A DNA stretch of 64,000 nucleotides from contig OZ024741.1 in the NCBI GenBank assembly GCA_964016885.1, positions 108,934,001 to 108,998,000 on the forward strand. Direction: 5' to 3'. The stretch comes from Eledone cirrhosa (taxonomy: Eukaryota). The stretch's first letter is position 1. Each line of letters begins with the position of its first letter. This document shows positions 59,255-64,000 of the stretch, in pieces. Both the position numbers and the translations under genes were made by a program. A model generated the notes under the pieces. The model saw nothing but the letters and a program-made list of their open reading frames with translations, did not search any database and was not told where the DNA came from.

Positions 59255-59920
59255 TCAGTATATCAGTCTTACCGATATTTTCACAAATGCGGTGTATCAG
59301 GTTTACTGATTCTTACATTAGCAGTAAGTTACATGTAGTATTAACTCCAAGCAAGACATCCACCGCTCATCAGCTGTCACCAGTGTATATTTTTTCTTTG
59401 CAAAATTTGGTGTTGCAATCCACCAAAGATGAGAAAATGGATGAGAAAATTGAAAGGGAATATATACTTGGAAAGGGGAATGGCCAAGAATGACGACAAT
59501 GACTTGTGGTGTATCAAGTTTACAGATATTTTTTATACATGAAGTATATCAATTTTAACGATATTTTCACTAGCTGTAATTTACATGATGCCAACTCCAG
59601 CCAAGACATCCCTCGCCTATCAACTTTGACCTATATGAACAATTTGTCTTTTCAAAGATCGACCTTGTTGGCCACCAAAGGCAATGCCGCGGATTCTTTT
59701 TTTTTAATTAAAAAGAAGGAAACGTATACTTTGAAACGTGGAAGAGCTGACGACGGCGACAATTTTAACGATATTTTCACTAACAATAATTTACATGTAG
59801 TTTATCAAATTTACCGATATTTTAACTAGCAGTAATTAATATGTGGTATATCAATGTTACTGATGTTTTCATTAGTAATAATTTACATGTAGAGTTCCAA
59901 TTTTGCTAGTATTTTCACTC
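59255..59920. repeat. Degenerate about 44-bp tandem repeat with a larger internal duplication
   Basis: Recurrent tatcaagtttaccgatattttcactagcagtaatttacatgtag-like unit; actcca..caagacatcc block occurs twice. Confidence 0.7.
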
Positions 59921-60026
59921 GATAAATAACTCCGATTTTAAGGAGGGTTTATTACCAAGTGACAAAAGTAGATAAATTGCAAATTGTTTAAAAAAGATTA
60001 CCCGATAAAGGTAAAACAAAAGTGCA

Positions 60027-60435
60027 AACTATAAGTGATCAACATGATCTATATGTCACTAAACAACTAACTATAAGTCATCAACAAGAACTATCTATCA
60101 CTAACTATACATGTCCCACAGGATGTATACGTCACTAAACTACTAGTTATAACTGATCAACAATATCTATCTATCAAAACGTTAATAACCTAAATATGTT
60201 TTCCACAAGAACTATTTGTCAGTAAACCACTAGCAATAGTGATGAACAGGATCTATATGTCACTAGGTCACTAACTGTAAGTTATCAGCAAGAACTATAT
60301 CGCACTAAACCACTAACTCTAAGTGATCGACAGGATCTATATGTCACTAAGTCACTAACTAGAAGTGATCAATAAGAGCGCTGTCACTAATCCGCTAATT
60401 ATAATTTATCAGCAGGATCTATATGTCATTAAACC
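60027..60435. repeat. Degenerate about 42-bp minisatellite
   Basis: Unit similar to ACTATAAGTGATCAACAGGATCTATATGTCACTAAACCACTA. Confidence 0.8.
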
Positions 60436-61207
60436 GGGAACAACATGTCTTCGACTCCGAGAAATGTATAATATATTTTCCGCTTATCTGCGACACAGAT
60501 ATGTGTATGTTTTGTAGTCTATTTAATTTTTGTATGTGTTTAGAAATAGTTTTTTTATGTGCGTGTTTGCTGTTTCTTACTTCGTATTAGTTCAGCCCTG
60601 AGCTATAACATGCAGATAATATTTTCGAATAATTAGGTTCGACCAGAGATCAATTGTTCCATATATATCATACTTACAGAAGATAATAAAATTGTTCGTT
60701 CAATCATTTAGTTGCTTATTTTGTTAATCTGTTCTTGTATACTATTTTTCTTGAGATGACAGAGATGGTGGATGAGACCAGTTGTAATCGGTAGGAGTTA
60801 GACAACTCTGGTTCGCCCTTCATTTTTTTGTTACACTAAATTCTCTTTTAAATTAAATAGCATATCTCAGAAAATGTTCTGAATGAACATGATGTCAAAC
60901 ATGCTTCTACGGAGATCAAGCAATGATATCTGCTTTTTACTCATCCCAACACGTAGAAGGACTGACATCCACGGACCAAGAACACTGGAGTACTCAAATC
61001 TAACTAATGGGAAATTTAATCGTCTGTGTTAGATGTTTATCCCACCCGGACGCCTACTATCACTGCTATTGAAGCTAACAGACTATGGTGGGACATATGT
61101 ACCGTTGTCGCCTCTTTTAACAGCATAGTTAATTGTGTACTTGTGAGGGTATTTATAATATATTCTCATATAGTTCCCAACGTTATCACTATTAACGTTT
61201 AACATAG

Positions 61208-61422
61208 AGCGGTGGATTGGCAGAATATCTGCCGTCCTACTATTCGTAGACCATTGGGCAAAATGTTTTGCTCTTTACATTATGAGTTCAAATCACGCCG
61301 TCAGTTGTGTCTTTCATCCATTTGGTGTCGATAAAATAAAGTAGCAGACAAGTACTGGGGCTGATATAATTGATTTTCCCCTCTGGCGAATTGTTGGTCT
61401 TGTGCCTAAAGTTGAAATTATT
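61208..61422 (+). mobile_element. Degenerate SINE family A relative
   Basis: gcggtggattggcag...gagttcaaatc...gtcgataaaataaagta. Confidence 0.75.
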
Positions 61423-62286
61423 TAACTTTTTCCAGAATAGTGATTGACTATTTCTGTATTCTCGTCAAATATAAACTTTGTTCTGTGATACCATAGAGAA
61501 ACATTATTCCCATGCTACGGTTTTAAATAGTGTTGGGCTTTTTAGGCTTTATATCTTTTAAAATCATCGCTGTCAGATCAGCTTCAAACAAAGATAAATG
61601 AAAACTCGGTGATGATGAAGTCTTAGGGTTATTTATATTTTTATCGCTCTTTTCTATGGCAATTTAGGTTGGTTTATGTGTTTTCATAAAATTGATTAAC
61701 ATTTCAGGACTTGGAATAACAATTGCTATCTGTGACAACAACGATGGATAACTGTTGTCGAAGCTGCTTAGCTATGAAGTTGTTTACGTTTACACGGTTT
61801 TTGTCTCACTAAATAATTATCTGCTTCATATAACCAACAGGAAGGTTTTCACGATGTTTTTGATAGCAGCGAATTAAATGTTGATAAGAATGTAAAGACG
61901 GACTGAAGTAACCAGATTACTCATGTCGTTTTAAATATACTCACAATTGGTTGTATTACTAGTGTCTGTATTAGTGTTGTCATCAGTGTTTGTCACGACC
62001 ATAGAAACTCGGTAAGACATGAATGACAAGAAATATTTCATATAATCCGGTTTAAATAAAGGTTAGCTTGCCAAGTAAAATAGATTCTTTTATATAAAAA
62101 AAAAAAATGCAGTAGTTGCGGATCTATATTGCGTTAGCTCAGTATAATTACAGAAAAAGTCTATAACACGCAATTTTAAACGGTTCGCTATAACTGAAAA
62201 TATGTTGATGAGCTAGCCATCTTTTAGAATGAATGTACATATTTAAATACATATGTGTGTATGTGTAAGCATAAATGTGTGTAAGC

Positions 62287-62311
<25 letters not shown>

Positions 62312-62319
<8 letters not shown>

Positions 62320-62403
62320 TAACAGATTAAAGTTTAAGCAAATAATCGCTGCTTTCACCCTTAACGGGATCTTCTGAAACTTTATTAATCTGTTATTTTA
62401 ATA
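62312..62403 (-). ncRNA. Non-canonical hammerhead-like motif, copy 2, closed by a long stem I
   Basis: AAAGUUU-CAGAAGA-UCCC-GUUAA-GGGU-GAAAGCA..UGCUU-AAACUUU inside an about 25-bp imperfect inverted repeat. Confidence 0.55.
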
Positions 62404-62497
62404 AATATTTGCTGTACGGTTTTTATACATATTTATATATGTATATTATCCTCATCGAGCCCTCTTCGGATTTTAGTGTTCACATTTATTATTATTG

Positions 62498-62591
<94 letters not shown>

Positions 62592-62967
62592 CTGTCTCTG
62601 TGTGTGTGTGCACGCGTGCGTGTATGCATATATGTATATAAATATGTAAAGTGCGCATATACTTATATATATATATATGTGTGTGTGTGTGTCTGTGTGT
62701 GTGTGTTTGTATTTCTGTGCGAATATGTATATATGTGTATAAGTATGTTAGAGTACATGTTAACGTTGTTTTGTATGGATATATTATTCCGTATACGTAT
62801 ACATTTTTCTCCTATTGCGATAATTATATTTATCAAACAACATACACAAACACACATAATGCAGTTGTAGGGACAAAACCACACACTCACAGCATTGTTT
62901 GTGTGTTCGTGCGATTGCGTATGTATGTGCATGTGTGTGAATTTGTTCGTGTATGTCTGTGTGTGTG

Positions 62968-63036
<69 letters not shown>

Positions 63037-64000
63037 ATTACATTGTCCTAATAGAATCTCAACAAGTGTTGATATCAATATCGAAACTAGTGTTGAAATT
63101 ATTATTTAAAGATGTTTAGGTGTTTAATATTGTCACACGTGAATAATCTAATGACCTTAGAAAGGGACAGCAACAACAACTAAAATATCTACAACAAAAG
63201 CAACTATAACTACAACAACAATCACAACAACATCAACAACAAAAACAAAAACAACTACTACAGCAAGACGATTTGAGTGGTTTAATGAGAAACAAGTTGG
63301 AAGTTAATCACCCTTATTGCTGATACTAATATGTGATCATCAGCTGTTCTTCCTGTCATCGTAAAACTGATAAGATTCTCTGTGTTGGGAAGTAATCGTT
63401 CCACTGCTATAATTTAACACTCAATTTTAACGCTCTTTTACAGAACTACAAGACCGTAATTCTATTAAAAATTATTGACGTCCCACTTTGCCATCGTTTT
63501 ATTTGAATGCTTTTAAAACTTGATTGATTTAGCCGAAGGCAAACGGCCTGCCTAATATTATGTCATTTTGTTTTTGTTGTTGTTGTTTTTTGTTTGTTGT
63601 TGTTTTTTGTTTTGTTTTTATTTTGTTCACTGGCTGGTTTCTTGTATTTGTTTCGGTTGGTTCTTAAATATGTGTACAATACCAAGCCAAATGATCTCGT
63701 AATGACGCGTGTTAGCATGGATACGTCTCAGATTGTGAGAAGGCCTCATCGACTCAATTTCCAGCTGATTTATTCTGTTATTATATATACATAAAGTACA
63801 TAGGGCATTGGAGAGATATGTGGCAAGACTGCTTTCAGACTCCAACGGATGGTGAAGTAGCTCACAAGATCAAAGAAGAAATTTTAGAGGTTTACTCGTT
63901 AGATATGCATGGCCCCATATTGACTAGTCGTGCTAAAGACTGAGTACTGTGGATTCCCACAACTCACAGGCCCTGCATGTACAATACAATATATTAAGTA

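Overview
AT-rich, microsatellite-dense eukaryotic DNA that is probably intergenic or intronic. The abundant tRNA-type SINE family suggests a cephalopod such as Octopus (inference). I found no convincing host protein-coding exon. Almost all long ORFs in the track are artefacts of (TA)n/(TG)n or minisatellite repeats, or are pieces of decayed transposons. The window holds two near-full-length, disrupted Tx1-clade LINEs and a third fragment stacked head-to-tail in (TAA)n tracts with R4/Dong-type fragments (31.7-45.9 kb). It also holds a decayed Helitron Rep-Helicase (53.4-57.4 kb), RTE and CRE fragments, about 12 SINE copies, a 3.8-kb 45-bp minisatellite and a 6.9-kb compound (TA)n array. The main hidden signal is a set of short non-coding islands in or beside (TA)n tracts that carry type I hammerhead ribozyme (HHR) folds, about 8 motifs from several unrelated families. 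They are arranged as direct or inverted terminal repeats, as in Penelope-like element pLTRs and retrozymes. The best example is a 617-bp-period element with 157-bp direct repeats and one complete HHR (4941-5714). Several motifs have non-canonical cores (U10.1/U11.1, U3-A8, U4A). All folds were identified by eye and their activity is untested.
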